Shown here in pieces: positions 13,381 to 23,000 of a stretch of DNA of 64,000 nucleotides. The notes under the pieces are model-generated. The model was not told the origin of the DNA and searched no databases. It was given only the letters and a program-made list of their open reading frames with translations. The stretch is from Perna viridis (Eukaryota): assembly GCA_037379345.1 (NCBI GenBank), contig CM074518.1, forward strand, positions 42,807,586-42,871,585. The letters are read 5' to 3'. Positions within the stretch are counted from its first letter, which is position 1, and each line of letters opens with the position of its first letter. The position numbers and the translations under genes are program-made.

Positions 13381-13418
<38 letters not shown>

Positions 13419-16400
13419 CTTTGTCTAATGAATATCGTAGTATATTACCAATATAATAAGCCACTCTTGAATAAGGTGGTTAAAAATTATGCTTATACAC
13501 ATCAAGTATGCTTATTATGTGAAAATATATATATATATATCTTTGTCTAAGGAATATCGTAGTATATTACCAATATAATAAGCCACTCTTGAATAAGGTG
13601 GTTAAAAATTATGCTTATACACATCAAGTATGCTTATTATGTGAAAATATAGAGTTTTGCATATCGAAACTGGTACAAACTAGTCTGTAATAAAAAAGAA
13701 ATATACGATATTAGATTACTCTTGAACGTTACCATACATATTTATGGACTGGCAAACCAACCGATTTTTTTCAAATGTCCATATATCCTGTAAAGTAGAT
13801 AATAGATAGGTACATATTTCGTATGCTTGTAATTTTAATGAAATTAAAAAAAACAAACTTATATAACAATATATATATTGTTGTTTTGAATATAAAAAAA
13901 CTACGTCATTCTCCTCTTCCAAAGATTTAAGGCATATATTAAAACGTTTTGAACGTAGGTTTTATATTGAAACAGAATATAAAACAACTTTGGAAGATGC
14001 ACAAAAATAAAAGAATTAATTAAATAGATTATATGCAAAGCCTATTTCAATAATGTTATAGTTCAATTACAATACGATCAGTGTTTTTACTGCATGCTAT
14101 ACCTTTTTTTCTTACATATAAAACATGCACATAAGCGTATACATTTTTTCTCTTTTAGCCCAGCTTAGAGAAATAAAAAGTCAGACGATGTCAGCATTGT
14201 ACTGTAGAACTATAAGAATTCCCAGTATGCCGGTTAACGCGTTTGTGTCTGACAGAAGTGGGTTTGTATATTTGATATCGACATACCATATTGCCATTGT
14301 GAGCAAATTTTACTTTTGCAGCCTTATTATCGATCTTTAAAGAGTCTCTTACTGTCATATTATAATAACCAAATTAGTTTTTACAACGAACCAAACTATA
14401 ACTCCCAATACGTGAGTATAAAGCATCTTAAGTGACCCTAATATTTATAACTTATCAATGTAAAAAAAAACAAAAGACAAAAACAAACACAGCACCATAA
14501 TCTCAAAAGAGACAAGTATTTGAAATTGTAGATGAAGATTTTTTTACATTGAATAAAGTAAGGTTTGAGTATGTTAGTAAAAGTGATATCCTATAATGTA
14601 CACATACCTTGTATGCTTTATTGGAGAAAACGTTTCAATTATGCATAATCCAGTAATATGAAAAATTTGTAATACGTTTTTAATTACCAAAAACGCCCCT
14701 CGGATAGAATGCTTTAACAATAATTTTATCCACGAAAGTCCCGATAAAGACAATTGATTCTGAACTACATGACAATTGTATTTAACAAGCTAAACCAATG
14801 TACTCATGTTATGTATTCGTCGATGAATCATTAGTTTTAAGAAGAAGATACTAATGCAAGGATAAAATACATTATTTGTCACTGTACAATATTTCGGAAA
14901 GGTTACCTAAACAGCATTCCAACGTTGGTGCAACGGAGTCATTTACGTTGGGCCAACGTAGAGTACACAATGTTGGCCCAACGTTGGCCCAACGTAATTC
15001 CAACATTGACCTAATGTTGACCCAACTTAGGTCCAACGTTTACCCAACCATGTGGTCCGACGGTGGTATTTCTTAAGATATTAGAACATAATTTTGTATT
15101 TTAATTCCTGGTTATATCGCAGAGTGGTGATTCTATGCACTTATTCAGAGATTAAAACACTCAAATTTACCCTCAGTTAATCATATAAATTCTTTTCAGT
15201 AAGAATATACCAATGACAAGCTGATTGTAGTTTATAAGATTAAAACAAGAACATATATTATAATATTAGCAGATACTACAAGCATTGGTATATTTAATAT
15301 TGAAAGTTGGCAATTTTTTTTGCATTTAATTAAATAAACGAATGAATATTTTATTGCATCAGCAAAACATTACTATGGCAAATAACACAATATACATATA
15401 TGACAAAAATAACAGAGGACAAACAATGTGTAGTATTATCTGGTTATATGAATGGTTATATCTAAATATAGTGAAAATATGAAATAAGCTTCAAATAATT
15501 TGAGCCCTCAATTTAGACATTGACATATTTTTTTTTTCTGCACGATCTTGCTTATACCAAATGTCAAAGTTTATGAGTATTAGGCCACGAACAACAATAT
15601 TTAGGTAAAAATGACATCTCAATGACCTAGGAGTATCGTTATATCTAGGAGTTTAATCAAGGTTTCAAAGTACCACTACGCAATTTGGTTAAAAATACAC
15701 ATTCATAACATAAATAATTTTCAAAAACAAAGTTAATCTTATATGAGCTATGGAAAGGTAATTTTTCATAATTTACTACACTAGCACGTCAGTTCTGATA
15801 ATATTGATCACTAATACGGTTTTTGATAAATTCAAATGAAAGATAAATGCTATCTTGATCCAGCCATATATTGTTTAAACCAAGGAAGGCTATACAGTAA
15901 ATCTGGAATTTTATAAGCCCAATTTACTTACATAAAAGTTTATAAACATCATACACAATTTAAATTTCTCATATATAATGCGTAACCAATATTTAATAAT
16001 TCTATATTTACATACACATTGGCAAGTGGCCAAGTTCGTCATATAAAAATGATGTTGGCACATTTCTTCTTAGTCTAAGAACATTACGACAGAAACGTTT
16101 AAAAATAATTTCGACATTGTTGGCCCGATGAGGCCCCAAAATTTCGGAGACATGGTTCAAAACAGATCCAACCACACTATTGAATTATGCACACTTCTGC
16201 TTCATCGTAATTAAAACCTTTTTGAATTAATCGATCAAAGATGAAAGCGCTCTTGATTCTTGATGTGATATTCTGTTATGTGTTAGTACAAATTTCCGAT
16301 TATAATGTAAAGGCATTCCGAGATAAACATAAGAGTTCACTATTTCTAGGTCCTGATCTTTATATAAGGGTGGAGAGGGCTAATCATGTACATTATTATT

Positions 16401-17538
16401 ATCTTAAGTTAGATTTGGTTATTCATTATAAGTTTGGTGTTATCAAGTTCTAATTATTAAACGCGGATACTTGTTGCATAAATATTAAACATGTAATAAG
16501 TAACATAATTTGTGAAAAGAGCCAACAAAAGTTTTTTTTTTTTAAAGAAGTAAAATTATGTTAATAAATACATATGTATTTGCTGTTTCCGCGTTGGGCC
16601 AACGTTGGCCGAACTTAGTATCGCAGGTAAGGTTTAATACAGTATTTGCTTTCACACGTCCGGATTATCTTCCTTGTTTTACTTTTCTTGAGATCTACAT
16701 ACATTGTTGCATCAAGATCAAGAATAACATGAAGCTGCTTTCACATGTTTGTCACCGAAATTGTTTCCACGTTGGTGCAATGTTGGTTCAGTGTGGGCTC
16801 ACTGTTGGCTATGGGTAGAACAAATGTAGAATAATGCAAGTAATATTATCATGGTTTTGATTTAATAATTGAAATTTAACAAATCTCTCAAGTACAAATA
16901 GATTTTAAAACAAGTTTTTTTTTAAAGAGAAACATAATATGGAACGGTTATCCTGAATATAGTAGTACCAACGCAGAATCTTTCTATTGTATGACATATT
17001 TAAAATTTCAAAACGTGGTGTTTAACCATGAGCTTGTCTAGTATAGACCATTTTTGTAAAAATAAATCGAGAAGAAATATTTCCATAACAATCGACGACT
17101 ACATTGGGCCAAAGCTAACTAAAAGCCAACGAACCAATCATCAGCCAATGGTGGCCCAACGGAGGTATGCTGTCTGGGTTATACATCGTTATGCTTTCTG
17201 TCTCACAAAGACTCACGATGTTTGGATAATAATGTTGCGGGAAAATCAATAGAAGGGTTTTTAATCTATCTTGTAGCCTTGTTTGTTCACACATTTTGAC
17301 ATGCATTGTCGCTAATCACATTTAAAAGCCAGCAAATCGTTAAATGNNNNNNNNNNNNNNNNNNNNNNNNNNNNNNNNNNNNNNNNNNNNNNNNNNNNNN
17401 NNNNNNNNNNNNNNNNNNNNNNNNNNNNNNNNNNNNNNNNNNNNNNNNNNNNNNNNNNNNNNNNNNNNNNNNNNNAGGGCACCAAGAATTCCATGTCAGT
17501 TTCTCCGTCCATTGGATCTTCGACCATGGAGGAAGTAA
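400..17538 (+). CDS. Animal heme peroxidase (peroxidase-cyclooxygenase superfamily, chorion peroxidase/peroxinectin-like), paralogue Px1; 5' exons lie outside the window
   Basis: Phase-consistent GT-AG exons 400-588, 3853-3904, 4469-4569, 5319-5420, 5745-5831, 6327-7044, 7383-7552, 14159-14261, 17478-17538 (TAA). Motifs: FGQFIDHD (distal His), RTSFLDLSVTYG (Ca site), GDNRPAE (distal Arg and heme-ester Glu), AYRFGHS (proximal His), NIQRGRDHG, DIDLYAGAL..GDRFFYE. Internal exon sizes match Px2 except 52 vs 49 nt. The last acceptor directly follows an N-gap. Confidence 0.93.
640..790. repeat. Degenerate minisatellite (ccctatatcgcatacc-like unit) in a Px1 intron
   Basis: Repeated cc(c/t)tatatc(g/a)ca(t/c)accc variants visible in the sequence. 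Confidence 0.6.
960..1523 (+). mobile_element. Decayed 3' fragment of a Penelope-like retroelement (RT thumb + 3' UTR)
   Basis: Translates in pieces as KDTTDTVK..LEIDGKGKL..YDKRD..CGNIHSAPAY..KFYGRH; homologous to 32862-33622; frameshifted. Confidence 0.8.
3140..3303. repeat. (GTTT)n/(GTTTT)n low-complexity tract
   Basis: Direct inspection. Confidence 0.85.
5056..5255 (-). mobile_element. Penelope-like element 3'-end copy
   Basis: Reverse complement of the shared ...gtccctggattacattcttttgattaccgctataaccttggttcc(c)ttgattactct terminus. Confidence 0.85.
7623..10571 (-). CDS. LINE ORF2: apurinic-type endonuclease + reverse transcriptase (982 codons, no initiating AUG)
   Basis: The frame is open from 10571 (VHGRCNWTISIAQLNVCGW..ICETHL), upstream of the track's TTG start at 10436. 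EN motifs NVCG, CETH, GGVG, YLPP, GDLNAR, SVVDY, DH. RT motifs KATGLD, QNGFR, DLKKAFD, GVKQGDNLSP, LYADD, YKYLG. Confidence 0.93.
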   Translation of the reverse strand, partial: VHGRCNWTISIAQLNVCGWTENNSLLRKQIVKNVDADIFSICETHLKNDDKLEIENYKWIGSNRKEIHRNAPKGSGGVGLFVKHWINQEYTSEIIDATYDGILCVKFTSKSTDLSFTVISCYLPPENSVWGRDSQSFFAHILSIMYSYNDCDAHIICGDLNARIGSLSDVSEFDSVPERSCIDKAINQHGHAFIDFLNESKTCVLNGRYDNSKNNYTCISGKGKSVVDYICVPHEALQTFISFEVCTIRSIVEKYDLFGYLNDRSKVPDHSVLETKLNAQINVDSISKKSGSAFKKRYKLKVIPNDFFASDISKQAIQTLITRIERTRETQSNIDGIYTDLCDTILKEMDDTIPCFAPSNKTKKRFRNHKPYWNEELSTLWKDMHFKERSFLKCTGNTNSKRLKRLQFQSAQKLFDRRLRFYERRHRNAFCEELETMTTKNPNEFWAKIRNMGPRKQSEIPMEVYDDERNILNDENEVCEKWKSEFEKMYNNTNANQDFDNEFYRQSLQHKNLLENNMLDPLYQCNEELNSNITIEEVSVVIKATKNGKATGLDKIPYEVLKSPNILPILLSLFQWIFDTSLIPSLWRKAILFPILKDMSSDKREPLNYRGVCLQSCISKLFSSFMNNRLTSYLEDNDLLADEQNGFRRQRSCEDHVFTLNSIIRNNQNIIATFVDLKKAFDFVDRDMLLYKLLLKNIDGKLYNSVKSIYSLTSASIRINNTMTDWFTCYSGVKQGDNLSPTLFSIFINDLVQEINNLELGIDIHSKKLSLLLYADDIVMFATNENDMQLMLNTLYNWCKKWRVLINTDKSKVVHFRSGRRPRTSFQFKIGDNMLQITEQYKYLGVIFHEKKTFESNADNLAKAGGRALGALISKVHGLKDCGVSTFQKLFYSCVAPIIDYNAAIWGFKGFNCIDNVQNKAIRYFLGVHKFAPKSAIIGDMGWLPSRHRHFQHMVRYWNRLMKMPDDRLCKQVFLWDYLGSD
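10572..11468 (-). CDS. LINE ORF1 (coiled coil + RRM/CTD-like nucleic-acid chaperone), 298 aa
   Basis: Heptad-rich N-half (LKDSVLSIAKSVKEIKDG..IDKLRKDVLSTIDDKIKAL), then ITVIVKNVPY..AARLRK..KPALIKVSF..KVLVLRNKYKLK..VFI, typical of L1-type ORF1p. Lies directly upstream of ORF2. Confidence 0.85.
   Translation of the reverse strand: MTDSTNEFNKRQRSSEGETPKPERKQSKMATCELSDFNELKDSVLSIAKSVKEIKDGQDSMKKMVESKIDKLRKDVLSTIDDKIKALKTDIDIDMARESSRMDTLAKSLETLTTRIDTIQGIVDNVPVDEHGLGNNGQANTQNAHGNPRRPDPLNDNEITVIVKNVPYSDDEDITEKANNIINSIGEDISNDVKIVAAARLRKRFRDKPALIKVSFENSDQKVLVLRNKYKLKEVDEYKRVFIQGAKSRMERLLETNARTILKELPHGNSYRITGSGRILKKNENVPMEANDIQNDSE
11600..13385. repeat. Fold-back tandem array of a ~410-bp unit containing a tRNA-Leu-like Pol III cassette (SINE-like)
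   Basis: One minus copy (~11607-11952) and three plus copies (tRNA-like heads at 12204, 12660, 13069; period 409 between the last two). Internal inverted segment 12453-12540; 80-bp sub-repeat 13193-13385. A box TGGCCGAGTGG, B box GTTCGAGTCC. Confidence 0.88.
13384..13650. repeat. (TA)n tract followed by a 122-bp-period tandem duplication
   Basis: tctttgtctaa(t/g)gaatatcgtag...gtgaaaatata occurs at 13418 and 13540, separated by (TA)n. Confidence 0.9.
14906..17178. mobile_element. ~2.3-kb non-autonomous TIR DNA transposon with subterminal CAACGTTG repeats
   Basis: Left end cctaaacagcattccaacgttgg; right end reverse-complements to cccagacagcatacctccgttgg. Both ends are flanked by TTA (possible 3-bp TSD). 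Clusters of gttgggccaacgttgg at 14920-15060, 16590-16610, 16770-16810 and 17100-17160. No transposase ORF. Confidence 0.65.
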
Positions 17539-17814
17539 TCAAAAAAATTGGTTATAGCAGATAGATTTATTGGCAATAAATTATTATAGACAGTTTTGTT
17601 TCATTTGTATTTTATCATCGTTTTTATCACATAATTACATCTGTAGAGATATTTTTTATTGAATGGGGTCGACGGGACGACATTAGAATTCCCCCATAGA
17701 CCATTTAACTACATGCACAATGCTAAATATTAAACATCACACCGTTGTTTATAGGGATACCAGTGTATAACGTTTCCTTATGACGATTTACAGTCTACCC
17801 AGTGATGATTGGGT

Positions 17815-17920
17815 TTTCTCGTAGTTCACTGAAGACCCATGGGTGGTCTTGAAATGACATTTTGTACATCCCGGTTAAGTTGTGGTCTCTTTGCCATATT
17901 CACCATATCAATTTTCCTTT
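17815..17920 (+). mobile_element. Decayed SINE-like tail fragment (second copy at ~35270-35400 on the - strand)
   Basis: gaagacccatgggtggtctt...gttgtggtctctttgccatattcaccatatc is matched in reverse by gatatggtgaataggtcaaagagacaacaacc...gaagacctaccctgggttttca at 35273-35350. Confidence 0.55.
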
Positions 17921-19049
17921 TATACCGGATGAAATGAAAAGTCGAAGCAAAACATTTGGTTAAAGGCAAAATTGTTCCAAAAATAAGTGGCAAATAAAGC
18001 TCAAATTCCTAGAAAAGCGTCTATTCCTATTGTCGACTTTAATCGGACTCTCTTTATGTGTATCCATGTTTTATAGTTATTCTTTTTTTTTTCAAATAAA
18101 ACCAGAATTAATTTCAGAAAACTCCCATTCAATACACATGATATAAAGTCAAATGCAACATTAGACAAATGACGCATCGTAGTTATTTTTATAAGTTTAA
18201 CCCAATGGAAGTTCATCTTCTGAAATGGCCTTCAAGGGCGAAGAATAGTTCCTATCGCACGCAACCCGCTACGGACTATTTTCCAGATAGTTTTAGATAT
18301 ATTTAAATATTTGTACGATTCATTTTTCGGACAAAGGGTTAACCGAGTCAATGAATTGTCTACAGGTGAATCACAAATGTTTGTCGTCGAAATGGTCACT
18401 TTCTTATAACTGTTTCACCACTTAGTTTAAATATGATCATTCAAATGACTGACGTAGATGACATTTAAACTAGACAGGAGGGACAAGAAGCTTAGGAATT
18501 TTCTTGTTTTTTTTTTTTTTGTTTTTTTTTTTCGTTTGTTTGTTTGTTTGTTGTTTTTTTTTTTGTAAGAACCACTGATGGTGCGGGCTGAAGTCTAAAG
18601 AATAACTCGAATCAGTAGTTTTGGGGATATGAATACATCTGCCATATTAACACAAACACAAACAAAAAAAACTCATTACGACCATCATGAATAGTGAAAC
18701 TCTTTTTTGGTATCGCTGATTTTTCCGCAAACATTTCAAAACTATCCGATTTGGATATTATTTGGTTTTCAAGATAAAAATGGCATGCTGAATCTAATTT
18801 TTAAAGATTTGAGATGCATTTTTCAAAAAAAAAGCTGTCGCCATGGTGACCGATTTTTCCGCCAATTTTCAAAATGCTCTGATTTGCAGGAATTTCGAAC
18901 CTAAGGGAAAACATGAAATGCAGAATCCATTAATGTGGGTTTTGATATTCAAAAGTCGCCGGTAATTTCGACAAATGTTTACTCGTAGAAATCCGAAGTA
19001 GAATTTCTATCTGACCGAGGTTTTGTTTTCTTGATATGAACGTTAGCTT

Positions 19050-19243
19050 TATCCTACCGGTGTGCCTGGTCCATGCTCCCAGTTTTTTTTTAGTGGAGTG
19101 CGAGTTGCTCATTTGCTTTTGTTACTTTGTATGTATTATTTTAGTTACTTTATGTTGTGTATGTCTGTTTTCCATGTCTGGTCTTTGTCCTTGGATTACA
19201 TTCTTTTGATTTCCGCTATAATCTTGGTTCGCTTGATTACCCT
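19050..19243 (+). mobile_element. Penelope-like element 3'-end copy
   Basis: Same shared 3' terminus as the other copies. Confidence 0.85.
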
Positions 19244-20017
19244 TTCAAGCAAATCCATATCATAATATGCGTGCAATGATATTAAAGAGACGTAAATGTA
19301 TGAATATCATTCACTCAGTTTAACTTACAACTAAAGACTGAGTTAAAATGGCAATATGTCCACTTTTTAAGATATAATCGGTTATTCAAATATTTAATCA
19401 AACGATGCTTTAGATTCGGTTCAATTCCACAAAACAAAGTGCTGTGTCTGAATTGCTTATGATATATATAAGTTTGATCTGCAAAACTAATATATGTCAT
19501 GAAATAAGGAATTATCTGCGCTTTGGTGTTTTGATTGACAGCGTAACAGAGTCAAAGTGCGTTACCAAAACACAGTACTAGTAAGAAAACTATGCACTTT
19601 TAAATTTAAAGTGAAGAGACTAAAAAATCAAATTCGATGATGATCTAAGTAATTTTTATCAGGCTAAAGACCAAGGCACATAGAACGTAAATAAAATAAA
19701 ATTTGGGATATAAAGCCCATTTTTGATGTCCAGTAATGTTTTATAGATTCGAAATTTCTGCAAATCAGAGCATTTTGAAAATTGGCTAGAAAATCGGTCA
19801 CCATGGCGATTTGTACTTTCGAAAAAAAATATTTGTTTCGATATAAAGTGAAACAAATTGTTCATTATATTCCTGTTAATCACAGTGTTATTGATAATTT
19901 CATTTTCCGGTATCACATAATGAGTTACCCTAAGCAATTAGAGCGAAAGAACCAACAATATAAGCATCATTATTCATTATACAAGATAACTTGTGCAGAG
20001 AGTGGCATTGTATTGTG

Positions 20018-23000
20018 ATGAACATGGAAACGTTGTCAAATGATTACAAGAGGACATTTATTCTTGTTCAAGCTGCAGTTATGTATTTTTACAGAACATG
20101 GGGTAAGCACACGCGTTTGTTTAATACAGCATGGCAGTATCTATTCATATCTATGATTGTTCCCCAAAAGTAAATAATTCACAAATTGGTTTCGATGTTT
20201 GTAAAGGTTAATCAAAATACAATACGCATTGTATATTATATAATTTTTTTTGTTTTGTTTTGTTTTGTTTTTTTGTTTTTGTTTTTTTAATTTTTTAGGT
20301 TTTTGTTTTTTTATGTATATATACCATGTTTTTTTTATTATTTTGAATTCAGTAAAAGAAATGTTTTATGTACCATAAATGACTGTGTATAATTAAGCAT
20401 TGAGGCTTTACATTGAGGAGCTATTTGAACATATAACGTTTATTTCTAATAGCCCGTCGTCAATTTGAGAAAAAAAAACTCATTGGGTATTCACGCGTTG
20501 GTAAAGTCATGTATTTCTCCCTGTAAAAGTAATCAAGAGAGCCAAAGTTATAGTGTAATTTAAAAGAATGTAATCCAGGGAAAAGACCAGAAATGAAAAA
20601 CAGACATATACAACAAAGAACATAAAGTAACTAAAATCAAACATACAAAGAAACAAAAGCAAATGGGCTACTCGGACTCCATCAAAATTGGGAGCATTGA
20701 CCAGGTGCACCGGTAGGGTAGGGTCATCTGCTTTTCTAGAAACACCAGCCCAGTTATTCATAAAAAAGGCATGTCCGGGGTAGACGAAAGAGGAAAGGAA
20801 ATCTATGGCACGTTGATGATGATGACCATACAACTTCTGTAGTGGTGACTTCAATCTTGTAGAAACATCTTGCAAAAGAATGAAAACATGCTTTTTCTCT
20901 TCTTAATGGCCTTCAAGAGGGTTTTGGTGCCTCCTTTTCTTTATATGTACTTTTTAAATTACCAATTTAATGTATAAAATTGAAAAGATATTTATAGTAT
21001 ATATTATGATTTTTTTTTCAGGTCAAAACTTATGTTTTATAAAATTTATACAAATATGTACTGCTTATCTTGTCAGAAAGTTTATGTGCTTGACAGTATG
21101 TGAAATCTTGTGTTTCAACCCCTTTAAATTTTAGCTAAAATTTCTTATATTTGTATTTGAAGAACACCGGGTCTCATCAACAGTCTTGGTTCTCACATTT
21201 TGAAGAAAAAATTGATGTTTGGTTGACTGCAATTACATGTAAACTAAATCTTATAATAATTTTTTCAGCACTTCAAGAAGTTTTGCTTCCTATAGATACA
21301 CCAAATATAGGAAACAAGGACATTTGGGAAGAGGATTTTTTATTTCATGTCATTGACCTTACGGGCTATAGATTGGAAACACGGAACTTGTCATTCTTTT
21401 CATTTCATGTAAGGGCTTGTGCTGACTGTGCATTATACCTAACAGACTCAGAACATGTGCAAAATGCAAGTGAATTGTACAGCATTTATTTTGGAGCCTC
21501 ACGTAACAATTATTCTGCAATACGTCTGTGGAGAAATAAAACCGGCAAACAGTTAACTAGAACGTACGGAGCTTTCTTAGATTGCAACGAATTTAAGTCA
21601 TTCTGGGTTAGCTTGAATGACGGTTTGCTTCAGTTTGGTAAAGGACAAGAAGCAGGAACTGACGTCATATCAACATGGTTAGACCCTACGCCAATCACTA
21701 TAAATGGTGTTGGTATAGCTACAGGGTTTGGACAAACTGGAAGATGGAAAGTACCATTGAGTGGTAAGTGGTTTTTGCAATTAATATGGAATGGTCTCAA
21801 GTAGCTGTATTTGTAAGGGTCATATAAGTATGAATGGGTGATTCATTTTAAACAAAATGCATTCTTTCGTCGGTAGGCATTATATAGTTTTATGATTTAA
21901 TAGTCAATAATTTTTCACTAAAGGTCATAGATGAATATTATTTTGAGAGTATTTTGAAATAGGGGTTACGACAATTGTCCCATTTTTTTCTATTTGAGAA
22001 CTTCAATGTTCTAGAACATTCAAAACATATCGCAAATATTGACACCACTGCAGTACTCTTGAAAGAACAACTTCTCAACGAGTTTATTCACATCTTTAAG
22101 ATATAGTTTGGACTATTGCAGCTTATGACAGATTTGAAACAGCATCTCAGTTGATAGCAATGCCTACTTTATCGTTATCCTTCACACCCCTTTTTGAACC
22201 CATTTAATCTATATACAAATGTACCAAACACTACATGCATCACACTAGACTGATAGTATTCTCTTACAAAAGACACGCACGTTGATGTTATTCAATAAAA
22301 CCAAAATATTCTATCAAAATAATTATACACTTGGTAGATCAATTGTTTTACAGTTTGTGATTTAATAATGAAGAAACATTGAATGGGATGACTCTCTGAT
22401 TAAAATATGACGAAGCTCTAAAACATCAAAAAACCGGATATTATGAGCTTATGTTAATTCGCGTTCCGAACACACTTGCGCATAATCTTGATTTTTAAAG
22501 AAGGATTACGATATTTGATGAATAATTTGTAAATACATCATCTAGTCAATTTATTTTTTACGTTTTATTTTCTGTCGCCTGATACTTAAACCAAATTCAT
22601 CTTATTGAAAGAGCAATATGCTTCGTCTCCGATAAGGTCATACCATGCAAGATTCATTGACGTTTTGATATTTGATTTAATTTTTATATTGCTCTCATAC
22701 ATTTTTGATTCCCATTCAGAGGCTTTCTAGACTTAAATGAGATGAAAGATAGATGCATAACCATCATAAAACTGAGGAAATTCCTTATGCTCGCAAATGA
22801 ACACTTTGCACGTTTAATCTTATGTTAACGGGTCTGATATTGGAACATTTCTAACATGACGTTATCCCTGCTTTCAACGGTTTTATATAAAAATTAGACA
22901 TTATCATTCATATGTATGTGGTAATGAAGTACTAATTTTATAGGATTTTTTTATCATTATCTTATCGAACTTCTTTTTGACATTCTCCGTACAAGTGACT

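Noticed and set aside
11600-13385. CRISPR-like array
   Set aside because: Eukaryotic context; units are long and near-identical with no unique spacers and no cas genes.
17306-17557. ORFs spanning N-gaps (also 46724-46995 and 55454-55860)
   Set aside because: Artefacts of translating N runs; only 17478-17538 is a real exon.
17829-17856. Hammerhead ribozyme core (CTGAAGA...GAAA)
   Set aside because: Stem II cannot close (C opposite U), the competing aagacc/ggtctt hairpin includes the core, and no stems I/III with a UH site were found.
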